In this document: positions 47,376-57,335 of the stretch, piece by piece
How the letters are laid out: each line of letters opens with the position of its first letter
How positions within the stretch are numbered: position 1 is the stretch's first letter
Source of the DNA: a virus
Virus record (IMG/VR): IMGVR_UViG_3300050821_003228
Span: 1-64,000 of that record
Strand: one strand, 5' to 3'
DNA length: 64,000 bases
Position numbers and translations under genes: made by a program
The notes under the pieces: generated by a model
Told to the model about the DNA's origin: nothing
Database searches by the model: none
What the model saw: only the letters and a program-made list of their open reading frames with translations

Positions 47376-48764
47376 ATGTCGTCAGTCAATACAGCTACAA
47401 AGACAGCAAAATATACGCATGAAGGCGCGAAGGCGTCTAATATTACGAAGAAACAAGAGCTTCGCCGTAGTGTTACAGCTTGTATGCTTTGGGAGAACAC
47501 CTTCTATGAAGATGGAAAGGCGATTGCTGACCGTATCAAGGAATTAGTTCATCAGCTTCCCGGCCAATTTGTTTCAGAATTGGCAATTGAAGCGCGTGAG
47601 AAGATGAAACTTCGTCACGTTCCGCTGTTCCTAGTTCGTGAATTGGCCCGTCATCCTAAGAAGGCTGAACGACAGTTTGTATCAGATACATTGGCCCGAG
47701 TAATTCAACGTCCTGATGAATTGACTGAGTATATTGCAATTTATTGGAAAGACGGTAAAGAACCGTTGTCTGCTCAATCCAAACTTGGATTAGCAAAAGC
47801 GTTTCTGAAGTTTAACGAATATAGCTTTGCTAAGTACACCCGTGATGGCGCTGTGAAGCTTCGTGACGCATTGTTCTTATCCCACGCAAAGCCGGGCACG
47901 AAGGAACAAGAGAAACTGTTCAAGAAGATCGTAGATAACACTCTTGTTACTCCTGATACTTGGGAAGTCGCACTTTCAGGTGGGGCCGATAAGAAAGAGA
48001 CGTTTACTCGATTGCTGAAAGAGGGCAAGCTTGGTGCATTGGCTCTATTGCGTAATCTACGTAACATGAGTGAAGCCGGGGTATCAACCGAGTTAGTTAC
48101 AGAGTCATTAGAGAATTTGGATGTCATTCGCGTACTGCCGTTTAGATTTATTTCTGCCGCGAAGTATGCTCCACAACTTGAATCAGTTCTAGAGAAGACA
48201 ATGTTTAAAGCGTTGGAAAGTCATCCTGAATTGCCGGGCAAAACTGTAATGATTGTTGATGTCTCTGGCTCAATGGGCGGCAATGTTTCTGGTAAGTCAG
48301 AAATTGGACGAGTTGATGCTGCTGCATCTTTAGCAATTCTTCTTCGTGAAATTTGTGAAGATTTTTCAATTTATGCAACAGCGGGTAATGATTATAGTCG
48401 TATTCATAAAACGGCATTGATTCCTTCACGTCATGGTTTTGCACTGAAAGATTCAATTTTGAAGTCCAAAAATGAATTGGGTGGTGGGGGAATATTTTTG
48501 AAACAAGTTATGGATTATGTTTATAACTTGGAAAAAAGCAATGATGTCGCTCGTATCATAGTAATTACTGATGAACAAGATTGTGATACTGATCCGGCTA
48601 AATCGCCGTCAAAAGCAAATACGTTTGGTGCTAATAATTATCTGATAAATATAGCTAATGAGAAAAATGGCATTGGCTATGATAAATGGGTTCATATTGA
48701 TGGTTTTTCTGAAGCAGTAATAGATTACATTCAAGCCTTTGAAGATCAAGGCGATGAAGATTAA
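47376..48764 (+). CDS. rsr: Ro60/Rsr TROVE-vWA protein
   Basis: HEGA, FYEDG, LRHVP, TPDTWE, ALLRNLRN, LPFRF, MIDAS DVSGSM, ITDEQ. Confidence 0.93.
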   Translation: MSSVNTATKTAKYTHEGAKASNITKKQELRRSVTACMLWENTFYEDGKAIADRIKELVHQLPGQFVSELAIEAREKMKLRHVPLFLVRELARHPKKAERQFVSDTLARVIQRPDELTEYIAIYWKDGKEPLSAQSKLGLAKAFLKFNEYSFAKYTRDGAVKLRDALFLSHAKPGTKEQEKLFKKIVDNTLVTPDTWEVALSGGADKKETFTRLLKEGKLGALALLRNLRNMSEAGVSTELVTESLENLDVIRVLPFRFISAAKYAPQLESVLEKTMFKALESHPELPGKTVMIVDVSGSMGGNVSGKSEIGRVDAAASLAILLREICEDFSIYATAGNDYSRIHKTALIPSRHGFALKDSILKSKNELGGGGIFLKQVMDYVYNLEKSNDVARIIVITDEQDCDTDPAKSPSKANTFGANNYLINIANEKNGIGYDKWVHIDGFSEAVIDYIQAFEDQGDED

Positions 48765-48813
48765 AACGTATGAAGCGGATTAACCGCTGATTTCAAGTTA
48801 CCGCTTCGCAAGT

Positions 48814-48903
48814 TTGCGTGGTGATAGGTTGTAGTTACTTCTTACTGAAAAAAAGGAAGTTGGGTGAAATCCCCGACATACCTGCAATCGCATGTTCCCG
48901 CAA
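48814..48903 (+). ncRNA. Y-RNA-like 2
   Basis: Same motifs; T-loop-like GGGTGAAATCCC. Confidence 0.7.
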
Positions 48904-48978
48904 TTAATTTAGAGTGTAGACGCACGATAAAATGTTAAGGTTTTACGGTAGTCCTTGAAATAAACCGTCTAAGTTTAT

Positions 48979-49088
48979 TTGTGATGGCGTAGAATGCAGA
49001 TACTTCTCTTACTTAAAGAGACTGTGTGGTTCGATTCCATAAGTAAGGATGGTTCCTAGTCATTTCTGTAATCGCTTGTTCCTCACAA
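48979..49088 (+). ncRNA. Y-RNA-like 3 (YrlA-type tRNA-like module)
   Basis: Same motifs; GGTTCGATTCC T-arm. Confidence 0.75.
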
Positions 49089-49136
49089 TTATTTGTGTTA
49101 TAATCACTATAGTAAATTCAATTAAAGGATAACAAA

Positions 49137-49937
49137 TTGAGCAAAGTATTGGATGCTGCTACAAAGCTTGTAACTAAAGAGGAAGCTGAAACTGAAAAAT
49201 TATTGAGTGAAGCGGCATTGCGTCGTTTTCGTCTTGAATCGGAGAGAAAGAATGGCCCGAAAGAAGATGAACTGATTCTTGCCCGTCGTCAGGCTGAAGT
49301 TGAAAAAATTAAGAATGAGTCTCAGAAGGCCCACTTTGAAGCGGCCTGTGCGGAATTGATTTTCAATAACGCAAAACGTGAAGAAGATAAGATTCTGACT
49401 GGCGACCGTTATAACAAAGTTTATCGCTTTGTTCATGAAGTTTGTCATGAATCTGTCGCTGACTGTATGATGATTCTTTCTCGTTGGTCGCGTCTTGAGC
49501 CGGAATGTGCGATGGAAATCGTATTCTGTTCGCCCGGTGGAAGCATTATTGACGGTTTCGCTCTTTTCGATTTTATCCAAGATTTGAAAGCAAAGGGCCA
49601 TAAGGTCACTACAAAATCAATCGGTTATGCTGCAAGTATGGCAGGTGTATTGTTACAGGCCGGAAGTGATCGAGTGATGGGCCGTGAATCGTGGCTTTTG
49701 ATTCATGAAGCTTCATTCTTTGCGATGGGTAAAATCGGCGCGGTTGATGATACGGTTGAATGGATCAAAAGGATGTGTGATCGTATTGTAGACATTTTCG
49801 CTGAACGTGCATCCGAGAAAACTGGAAAATCAGTAAAGGCAATTCGGGCAACAATTAAAAAGAATTGGCTTCGTAAAGATTGGTGGCTTTCTGCTGACGA
49901 GGCGCTAGAGTACGGTTTTTGTGATCGTATTAGTTAG
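49137..49937 (+). CDS. clpP: ClpP-family serine protease with N-terminal coiled coil
   Basis: SPGG, AASMA, IHE, D.WLSA.EALEYG..D. Confidence 0.9.
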   Translation: MSKVLDAATKLVTKEEAETEKLLSEAALRRFRLESERKNGPKEDELILARRQAEVEKIKNESQKAHFEAACAELIFNNAKREEDKILTGDRYNKVYRFVHEVCHESVADCMMILSRWSRLEPECAMEIVFCSPGGSIIDGFALFDFIQDLKAKGHKVTTKSIGYAASMAGVLLQAGSDRVMGRESWLLIHEASFFAMGKIGAVDDTVEWIKRMCDRIVDIFAERASEKTGKSVKAIRATIKKNWLRKDWWLSADEALEYGFCDRIS

Positions 49938-49945
49938 GAGAGAAT

Positions 49946-50155
49946 ATGTCAGTTAATGAAGCAATAATGTTTATACATCCGCTAGATTTTGTAAGAATGC
50001 TGAATCATCGTGATGGTCCGATTGATATTATATTTCGGAAATTACACGGTCTTCAGGTGAATGAAGTTAATGGTGTAATATATTATCAAACGGTTGAAGT
50101 GCCAGAAACGCTTCAAGATGCAGAACCGGCCAACTGTTGGCCGTATAAATTTTAA
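49946..50155 (+). CDS. hypothetical protein
   Basis: AGGAG SD. Confidence 0.5.
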   Translation: MSVNEAIMFIHPLDFVRMLNHRDGPIDIIFRKLHGLQVNEVNGVIYYQTVEVPETLQDAEPANCWPYKF

Positions 50156-50158
50156 AGT

Positions 50159-50254
50159 TTGTAGTGGTGATTGATAGAGATACTTCAAGGTGAAAGTTGA
50201 CTAATACTCAACGTGCTGTCGAAAGCACAAGCCTCTGTCGCTTGTTCCCTACAA
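50159..50254 (+). ncRNA. Y-RNA-like 4
   Basis: Same motifs; two distal hairpins. Confidence 0.7.
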
Positions 50255-50263
50255 TTAAGTTTT

Positions 50264-50338
50264 GCCCGTATCGTCTAAAGATAAGGCCCACGCCCGATTA
50301 GCGTGAGATGATCGGTTTAATTCCGACTACGGGTACCA
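50264..50338 (+). tRNA. tRNA-Ile(GAT), atypical loop
   Basis: CACGC-CCGATTA-GCGTG, CCA. Confidence 0.8.
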
Positions 50339-50340
50339 AT

Positions 50341-50415
50341 GCTCGGCTAGTAGAGTGGCTATAACACTTCTCCTACAAAGAAGAGAGCAAGGTTCGATTC
50401 CTTGGCTGAGTACCA
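50341..50415 (+). tRNA. tRNA-Val(TAC)
   Basis: CTTCT-CCTACAA-AGAAG, CCA. Confidence 0.85.
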
Positions 50416-50423
50416 TTTTTATT

Positions 50424-50743
50424 GAGGCAATAACTCGGCACCTGACTGAATAAGGATTGCCAGTCCTCAAAGTATGGGATAGCTAACCGAGAGGTTACTA
50501 TTCTAGTTGTTGCGTAATCGCTACATAAAGGTCTAAATAGTGGCTCTAGATCGAGAGCCATGACGTAAGGACACGACAAATCGTCTATTATACATAGAGA
50601 TGGCTGTATCGTGCTGTGAGTAACCATACTCACCAGACATTAACTGTTAGAGTAATTACCTAACAGGTCTGTGACCGAATAATGAGGCGTTTACTGCGAA
50701 CTTATGGGTATTCTCAAATCCCATGATGCTGAGTTATTGCCTC
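50424..50743 (+). ncRNA. unassigned 320-nt structured RNA
   Basis: 17-bp closing stem GAGGCAATAACTCGGCA/TGCTGAGTTATTGCCTC, many internal hairpins, flanked by tRNAs. Confidence 0.75.
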
Positions 50744-50746
50744 TAT

Positions 50747-50822
50747 ACCGGGATCGTTCAACATCCGAGGACGGTTGCCTTTGAAGCAATTTATCTAGGT
50801 TGGAATCCTAGTTCCGGTGCCA
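50747..50822 (+). tRNA. tRNA-Gln(TTG)
   Basis: GTTGC-CTTTGAA-GCAAT, G73, CCA. Confidence 0.85.
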
Positions 50823-50857
50823 TTTTTCACAAGGCATTGTTTAAAAGTGCGACGGGA

Positions 50858-50890
50858 GCGCGGCTCGGATTAATTTCCGGGCCGTTTTTA
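50858..50890 (+). terminator. intrinsic terminator
   Basis: GCGGCTCGGA..TCCGGGCCGT followed by T-run. Confidence 0.7.
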
Positions 50891-50901
50891 TTGGAGTAAT
50901 T

Positions 50902-51180
50902 ATGAAGTGTGGAAACTGTTATCAAGAACAGCCGTGTAAATGTATTGTGAACACTCCAATTCATGAGCACCAAAAAATTAAATCTAGAACGAATGGACAA
51001 GAATATGAAATTATGTTTGGTCCTCAACCTGGAAATTTAGTTCCGGCTAACCCATTTGCCTCAAAACTTCAAAGTCGATTTGCTCATGCTAATCCTGATA
51101 AGTTTGGTGGCAAAAAGGGATTAGAACATTGGGATAAGGTTACTAACTACTCTAGTTTACCTGAAAAGAAGGAAGGGTAA
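50902..51180 (+). CDS. small phage protein
   Basis: PF.SK.Q.RF.HA..WD..T..LPEK motif. Confidence 0.6.
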   Translation: MKCGNCYQEQPCKCIVNTPIHEHQKIKSRTNGQEYEIMFGPQPGNLVPANPFASKLQSRFAHANPDKFGGKKGLEHWDKVTNYSSLPEKKEG

Positions 51181-51184
51181 TTCT

Positions 51185-51634
51185 TTGGCGTTTGACTACA
51201 TTTGCGAAGGCCCTCCAACATTTCCAGTAACAATGAATCCGGCTTTACTATTAGATATAGTAAATAACAATCTCTATGTTTCTTCGCCATACAGCACGAA
51301 CTGGATTCTAATTGGTAATTCGGGCGGAACTAATGATTCTGTCCAGAATGCAAATATATCACAGACAATTAGTTTCCTTGGCGCAACTAATACATTTTTA
51401 AAAGCTACTGCTGGAGTGCCCGGAATTACATTAACTCTGCCCGATTCAGTTGGTAATTCGGGACAAAGAGTAACAGTTATCATGGTTGATACTGGTGCCG
51501 GTGGAGTTACGATCAATACAACAAATTCTGAAACTATTAATGGAAATTTATCTTATGAACTTACGAATCAATATCAAGCAGTTACTTTTGAGTCCGATAA
51601 CGCTAATTGGTTTGTCGTTGCTACTTCTAACTAG
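51185..51634 (+). CDS. tail-fibre-related domain protein
   Basis: TLTLP..GQ..V.I..ETING..L..Y..V..SD..NW. Confidence 0.6.
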   Translation: MAFDYICEGPPTFPVTMNPALLLDIVNNNLYVSSPYSTNWILIGNSGGTNDSVQNANISQTISFLGATNTFLKATAGVPGITLTLPDSVGNSGQRVTVIMVDTGAGGVTINTTNSETINGNLSYELTNQYQAVTFESDNANWFVVATSN

Positions 51635-52295
51635 TTGTGCATCGGCCCGAATACCAATAGTTATACCGACTGCTCCCCCATTACAGGTTGCAACGGCTAC
51701 ACGATCTGTTTCTTCGTTACCAGCAACGTGTAAGGGCGGCAGTCCTTTTATGCCCACTGACATTGTTGTAGTTATATCGGGCGGTAATGGAACGTTAAAT
51801 TGGTGTAATTCAACGAATCATTGGACTTCTGGAACAGGAACCTCGCCGGGCGGTTCTCCTAATCAAATTCAATATAATTTATCAGGAGCATTTGCTGGAT
51901 TTACAATGACTGGCGATTGTACTGCTGTTGTTAGTACGGGCGTAATAACTTGCACAAAAAGTAGTGGCACTCCATTTGGAACGGGCGCGTTCTTAAATAA
52001 TGTCACCCAAACGATAGCAAACGGATCGGCTGCACTTGGTACATCAGCGATTTCTTCAGGTTCTTGTGCAAGTCCGGTCACCGTATCAACTTCGGGCGTA
52101 GCAACATCTGATGTCATACAAGCAACTTTTAATAGTGATCCAACATCGACTGTAGGATATATTCCGTCAACATCGGGCGGGTTAACGATCTTCGTTTATC
52201 CAACCGCAAATAACGTCAATTTCAAAGTGTGTAATTCAACGACTTCGAGTATAACTCCGGGGGCTGTAACAGTTAATTTTCGTGTAACAAGGTAA
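51555..52295 (+). CDS. fibre-like protein with (lipo)protein signal peptide
   Basis: LLLLTSC; PGGS..QIQYN.G.FAG fibre motif. Confidence 0.55.
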   Translation: MNLRINIKQLLLSPITLIGLSLLLLTSCASARIPIVIPTAPPLQVATATRSVSSLPATCKGGSPFMPTDIVVVISGGNGTLNWCNSTNHWTSGTGTSPGGSPNQIQYNLSGAFAGFTMTGDCTAVVSTGVITCTKSSGTPFGTGAFLNNVTQTIANGSAALGTSAISSGSCASPVTVSTSGVATSDVIQATFNSDPTSTVGYIPSTSGGLTIFVYPTANNVNFKVCNSTTSSITPGAVTVNFRVTR

Positions 52296-52297
52296 TA

Positions 52298-55200
52298 ATG
52301 AAGAAGTTTTTATTTATCATTCTATTATTAGCATTGCCCGCATTTGCTCAAAGTGTAACAAATAACACTTCAGCGTGCGGCCCTGCAAATGGATTTCCAA
52401 CGGCGGGCTGTAATTTAACGACAGGAATGCCGTTTCTTGGTAATCCGGCTAATACGGGTTTAGAAACTGCAACGCCCGATCCATTACCGGTTAACACTTC
52501 AACCTTGAGTGTTCATAATTATCTTTATGCCGGATCGACAACAAGACATATCGGTGAATATCAGCCGTGGTTCTGTAATACATCAAATCCATGTAACGGG
52601 CACAAAGTCAATGGAATGGAAGAGTCTAATGCGGCCCAAGTTCTAGTTCAGGCGCAATGGATGTTCACTGTCGGAATGGATGCAACAGTAGTAGATTGGT
52701 ATGGTTGTTCTGATTATTGCTCTACTCCACAAAGTTCTGCTCAACATTATAATAATTCGGTTACCCTTGCTTTAGCTTCAGCTATTAATAGTAATCCTTC
52801 GACAACGCCGAAGTTCATGATCATGCTCGACATTGGAGCAATTGATGGTTCTGGTACAGGACAATGTGCTCCTGCTGGTGGGGATCAATCAGCGTGTGTA
52901 ATTGCCGCGATTAATCTTCAAATGGACTATGTAGCAGCAACTTGGCTAGGCCATAGTTATTATGAGACAGATCGTAACGGTCGGCCAATGGTTCTTATAT
53001 TTGGTATTAATACGGGACCGTATCCGGGCACTAATTTTACTACAGTTTGGAATGCAGTTTCAGCACATGTAACTTCTGGTAATTCATGCGGTACAGGATG
53101 TACTTATCCAGCAACAATAGATTTTATAGATGAGAACGCTGGCGCATTTAGCGAATCAGGTATTGCGGGCGGATATGCTTGGCCTCAACCGAATTCTTGG
53201 AGTAGTACTAATCAATTTTGTTATCTAGGCAACCCTTGCTCATTCAATTATATTGCTGATTTCTATTCACACGCCCGCTCCAACCCAAGTAAGATTGCAA
53301 TCGGTGTAGGGTATAAAGGGTTTGATGATTTCAATGCAAGTTGGGGATCAAATCGTGTTATAGCGCAGGAATGCGGCCAATTGCCCGGACTATTAGGAAC
53401 TGCTGTATCAACGGCGGGCTATAGTTCTTCTAGTCAGTTAGATTATTTTCAATGGGCAACATTGAATGATTATGAAGAAGGAACTGAAGTAGAATCGGGC
53501 ATTGACAATTGTATGACTGTAAGTACTCCTGTAATTTCTGGTAGTACGATGTCATGGTCATTATTGAACACTGATGCTACTTATGCCAGCACGAATACTA
53601 TCAATAGTTTCAGTATTTATACGGGGACGGGTTCACCAACAACATTATTTGCTTCAGGCATTTCTGCGACCTCGACTAGCCATGCTGCACCCACTTTGAC
53701 GGCAGGGCAATCTGCGTGGGTGTACATGGTTGGTCAACCGCTGATTCATAATCAATTATCTGGCCCGAGTGTGAATAATAATCCGGCAGGATATGTTGCT
53801 TATACGGGAACAGATATTGTTATACCTTCGACAACTCCTCCAAATTTAGGTACATACACGAAGAATAATGCGATTGTTTATGACAATTCTTATGTATCTC
53901 ATGGATTTAGTTCAGCTAATTTAAGTCCGCACGCCCGCTGTACGGATCAAAACTTTACGCCTACAAACGGATTGAAGGGGTTTTCAGCGGGACAGGGCGG
54001 CGGCGGTGGAGCTATAATGTGGAATGCCGGATCACCACCGACATTAATTCACGTTGTAACTAATGGCGGCGGTTCTGCTATTTCACTATTTAATGCAACA
54101 ACGATGTCTTGTCTTGGGGCGATTACTGCGGATAAGAATTTATCTCATCCCGGCTCATCTTCTAATATAGCTTCTTTTGGAGACGGACAATTTGATCGTC
54201 AAAATTCTAGCAAATGGTGGGCATTTGGTGTAGTAGGCAATGATATTTTAAGCAATACTTTTGTAACACCACTTACAATTAATACTACTACTGGAACATT
54301 TACTGAGGGGGCGACAGCCGTTGATTTTAAATCAGGGCTACCGCTAGGAACTAATGCTCCTGAATGGTTACCGAATCATGCGTATATTAAGGGCGCTTAT
54401 GTTTCGCATACAATGGTACCGGGTGAATTTTTTACTTATCAATCTAACTATAGCGGATTTCATCTTGGAGATATTATTTGGCCCCTTTATCCTTCTGGAT
54501 GTGGATTTACTTTAAGGGTTGCAGGAACAACGGGAGCAACTCCCCCTAATTGGTCAACTTCGGCCAATTGTGGAGTTAATCCTACAGTTGTTAAAGATGG
54601 AACTGCAACATGGCATAGTTTAGTAGGTCCAGCAAAATTTGTATTTCAATTGATCAGTTCTAGTGGTACTTCAGGCAGTCCTACACCAGCATTTGTTCCT
54701 GTAGCTACAAAACACCCTGATGTATTAAGCCAAGTATCAGATAATGGCTTGACTTGGGAAAATGTAGGTGTTAACTCGTCTAATCCAATATGGGGAAGCT
54801 TAACTAGTGTTTCATTTGATGGAACAAAATTTGCAAAAGGGTGGAGTACAAATATTTATGGAGCCGATCCTAGTTCACTCGGCGGCGCGTTTAATCTTTG
54901 TGTGTACTCAGGTTGTGGTGGAGGTCAAGGTACAGGGTTTTATATTGTAACTTACGATTCTGTTGCTAATGTATATCACTTATTGAATACTGTAACAGCA
55001 ATGCAAACAGATATAACATGTAGTGGCGGAATAGGTTATAATTGTGCCGGTGGAACGCAAGTATTTACAACTGCCGGAACTGCAACCGGAATTGCGTGTC
55101 CGTTCTTTATTCATGATAATTCTGGTTATGCTAATTCTAATCCAATTCAAATGCAACCACAGGCTGGATATATCGGCGTTGGATGCCCGTCTGGTATAAA

Positions 55201-56167
55201 CAATTTATTATGGTCACCATATCAACCGTTTAATGCGACAACACAAGTACAAGTGTTTCGTACACCGCTGAACCATCCGGCCAGCGGGGTTAGTCATGTT
55301 TCATTTACTGGACAAAATGCTAGTAATTATGGGTTTGAAACGGGCGCATATGCGGTAGAATATCCTATTAATGATATCGCTGATGTTCCACCTATTACAT
55401 GGCAAGCCGTTCCGTGTGACACTATAGTTCCTTCGGTTTGGTTTCCGGGCGATCCTAATCAGCCATGTTTCTTACAATGGGATAACCATCTTTCTTGGGC
55501 GTATAACCCCAATCAAGATGATACTACCCCCGTTTGTGGAACTTATTTTGGTAACGTTGTAGCAAACGCCGGTCAAGTTCCTGTAGCAGCCTATGAAGGT
55601 GAAGTTGTTTGTTATTCAACTGTTCCATCATGGACTGATACATCAACTCCAAATTCAGGACAAACACAGTGGAGATTCGGGCATACATTTAATTTTCAGG
55701 CTAATGTAAATTTTAACATCTGGTTTAACATCGGTCAATGGTCGTTAGATGGCCTTTATTTCGCATACGGCACAGATTGGTACGGGCAATTTGGATCAAC
55801 TACAGGTGTAGCCCCTGTATTGCCGATACCTAACGCTTCAGTTCTATGCCTTGGTGGATTTCCTTGGCAAGCAAGCCATACTTATACTTTAGGGTCAGTC
55901 ATTAATCCGGTGGCTAATTTAAGTGGGGGCGGCTCACCATATGATGTGTTTCAAGCGATTGCTGTAACCGGGCCGAGTGGCAGCACTGCTCCGGCTTGGG
56001 GAACTGCATCAATTGGTTCAAATTTGACTGATAATGGAATTATATGGCAAAATGTTGGTGTAGGCAATTGTCGTGGGGATGTTGTCATCGTTAAAATGAC
56101 TCCATTTTCAACCCCACCACCATCAGGAACATTAACAAATATTTCGCCAATTATAATAACATTTTAG
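52298..56167 (+). CDS. large exported protein with GH71/GH99-like domain and Trp-rich modules
   Basis: Signal peptide ..PAFA|Q; VVDWYG, KGFDD, NDYEEGTEVE. Confidence 0.65.
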   Translation: MKKFLFIILLLALPAFAQSVTNNTSACGPANGFPTAGCNLTTGMPFLGNPANTGLETATPDPLPVNTSTLSVHNYLYAGSTTRHIGEYQPWFCNTSNPCNGHKVNGMEESNAAQVLVQAQWMFTVGMDATVVDWYGCSDYCSTPQSSAQHYNNSVTLALASAINSNPSTTPKFMIMLDIGAIDGSGTGQCAPAGGDQSACVIAAINLQMDYVAATWLGHSYYETDRNGRPMVLIFGINTGPYPGTNFTTVWNAVSAHVTSGNSCGTGCTYPATIDFIDENAGAFSESGIAGGYAWPQPNSWSSTNQFCYLGNPCSFNYIADFYSHARSNPSKIAIGVGYKGFDDFNASWGSNRVIAQECGQLPGLLGTAVSTAGYSSSSQLDYFQWATLNDYEEGTEVESGIDNCMTVSTPVISGSTMSWSLLNTDATYASTNTINSFSIYTGTGSPTTLFASGISATSTSHAAPTLTAGQSAWVYMVGQPLIHNQLSGPSVNNNPAGYVAYTGTDIVIPSTTPPNLGTYTKNNAIVYDNSYVSHGFSSANLSPHARCTDQNFTPTNGLKGFSAGQGGGGGAIMWNAGSPPTLIHVVTNGGGSAISLFNATTMSCLGAITADKNLSHPGSSSNIASFGDGQFDRQNSSKWWAFGVVGNDILSNTFVTPLTINTTTGTFTEGATAVDFKSGLPLGTNAPEWLPNHAYIKGAYVSHTMVPGEFFTYQSNYSGFHLGDIIWPLYPSGCGFTLRVAGTTGATPPNWSTSANCGVNPTVVKDGTATWHSLVGPAKFVFQLISSSGTSGSPTPAFVPVATKHPDVLSQVSDNGLTWENVGVNSSNPIWGSLTSVSFDGTKFAKGWSTNIYGADPSSLGGAFNLCVYSGCGGGQGTGFYIVTYDSVANVYHLLNTVTAMQTDITCSGGIGYNCAGGTQVFTTAGTATGIACPFFIHDNSGYANSNPIQMQPQAGYIGVGCPSGINNLLWSPYQPFNATTQVQVFRTPLNHPASGVSHVSFTGQNASNYGFETGAYAVEYPINDIADVPPITWQAVPCDTIVPSVWFPGDPNQPCFLQWDNHLSWAYNPNQDDTTPVCGTYFGNVVANAGQVPVAAYEGEVVCYSTVPSWTDTSTPNSGQTQWRFGHTFNFQANVNFNIWFNIGQWSLDGLYFAYGTDWYGQFGSTTGVAPVLPIPNASVLCLGGFPWQASHTYTLGSVINPVANLSGGGSPYDVFQAIAVTGPSGSTAPAWGTASIGSNLTDNGIIWQNVGVGNCRGDVVIVKMTPFSTPPPSGTLTNISPIIITF

Positions 56168-56213
56168 ACTTGACAATCGCCCGAATTTCTGATATATTCA
56201 TAATAGGAGAAAA

Positions 56214-56621
56214 ATGAAATTTAAACAAGTATTAATGGCTTTAATATTGTGCCCGCTATTGACAGTTGGTGTAATAAGTACAACGGGGTGTATGAATCGT
56301 CCCGCTGCTCCGGTGCCCGGATCGTTAAATCAGTTCGATTCTGATACGTACCTCGCGCTAATAACGGCGAAAGGTGTGATTGATCAGACTAAAACTGATT
56401 TAATAAATGATATATTTCCGCCTAATCAGGTTGCAATTGTGAAAAAGTCGGTCAACGATCTTATAACGTATTATAATGTATCAGATACAGCATACACGGC
56501 TTATCATGCGGCTTCATTAGCAGGAACGGCCACACTTGAGCAACAACAGGCTGTACAAGCGACTGTCGATAATTTGAATAAAGCGGTCGTAGCAGTCAGT
56601 ACTGCAAAGGCAGGAAATTAA
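56214..56621 (+). CDS. lipoprotein
   Basis: Hydrophobic N-terminus ending TTGC. Confidence 0.6.
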   Translation: MKFKQVLMALILCPLLTVGVISTTGCMNRPAAPVPGSLNQFDSDTYLALITAKGVIDQTKTDLINDIFPPNQVAIVKKSVNDLITYYNVSDTAYTAYHAASLAGTATLEQQQAVQATVDNLNKAVVAVSTAKAGN

Positions 56622-56824
56622 TGGCAAACTTATCGTTAACAAGTATATTGCAGATCATACAAATTGCACTGACAGCGCTACAAGCAATTCCGGCAACCGG
56701 TGCAGTTGATCGTGAAGTGAGTGCATTAGTCGGGCTATTACAAGCAGGATTGAATGCTTATCATCAAGCTTCTGGTTCGCCACTTGATCTAACTCGAATA
56801 CCTTTAGAAACGCCGATACCGTAA
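56621..56824 (+). CDS. small amphipathic protein
   Basis: TAATG coupling. Confidence 0.55.
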   Translation: MANLSLTSILQIIQIALTALQAIPATGAVDREVSALVGLLQAGLNAYHQASGSPLDLTRIPLETPIP

Positions 56825-57025
56825 TTGACAAGTCGGGCGGTTTGTAGTATATTAATAATATGTCACATAGAGAATATGGAACTACAAACGGAAAACATTT
56901 GAAAATTCATCCAAAGCAGTTTATATCCGTAATCCGTCACATCCACGAATTCTGGCCTAAAGGCTGTCTTTGTGTAGCGTGTAAAGCAGTTGACAACCGT
57001 GAGGATATTGTGGTAAGATAGCATT

Positions 57026-57250
57026 ATGATGACTCGCGGCAAGTTTCAATGTTATAGTGATAAGAGAGTTTACTGGAATAAGGACGTTCATGTCTACACG
57101 TTTCAGGCAGTTTGTAATGATGGAACACCTGAAAACGAGCGGTTTCATAAGTATACGCCATCAGGATCAATTGAAATAACAGTTGATAATCCTAATGTCG
57201 TTCTTGAACCGGGCAAGTTTTATTATGTAGATTTTACTGAAGTAAGTTAA
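57026..57250 (+). CDS. conserved small phage protein
   Basis: R.KF.C..PEN..F.KYTPSG.I...DNP..G..YYVDFT. Confidence 0.75.
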   Translation: MMTRGKFQCYSDKRVYWNKDVHVYTFQAVCNDGTPENERFHKYTPSGSIEITVDNPNVVLEPGKFYYVDFTEVS

Positions 57251-57254
57251 AGTT

Positions 57255-57330
57255 GGGCTTATAGCTCATTCAGGAGAGCGCCTGTCTTGCAAACAGGAGG
57301 CGACCGGGGCGGAACCGGTTAAGTCCACCA
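57255..57330 (+). tRNA. tRNA-Ala(TGC)
   Basis: G3.U70, CT-TGC-AA, CCA. Confidence 0.9.
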
Positions 57331-57335
57331 TTTTT

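Noticed and set aside
50462-50505. Resemblance to 16S rRNA h7/h8 within the 320-nt RNA
   Set aside because: Too short and degenerate to support without a search.
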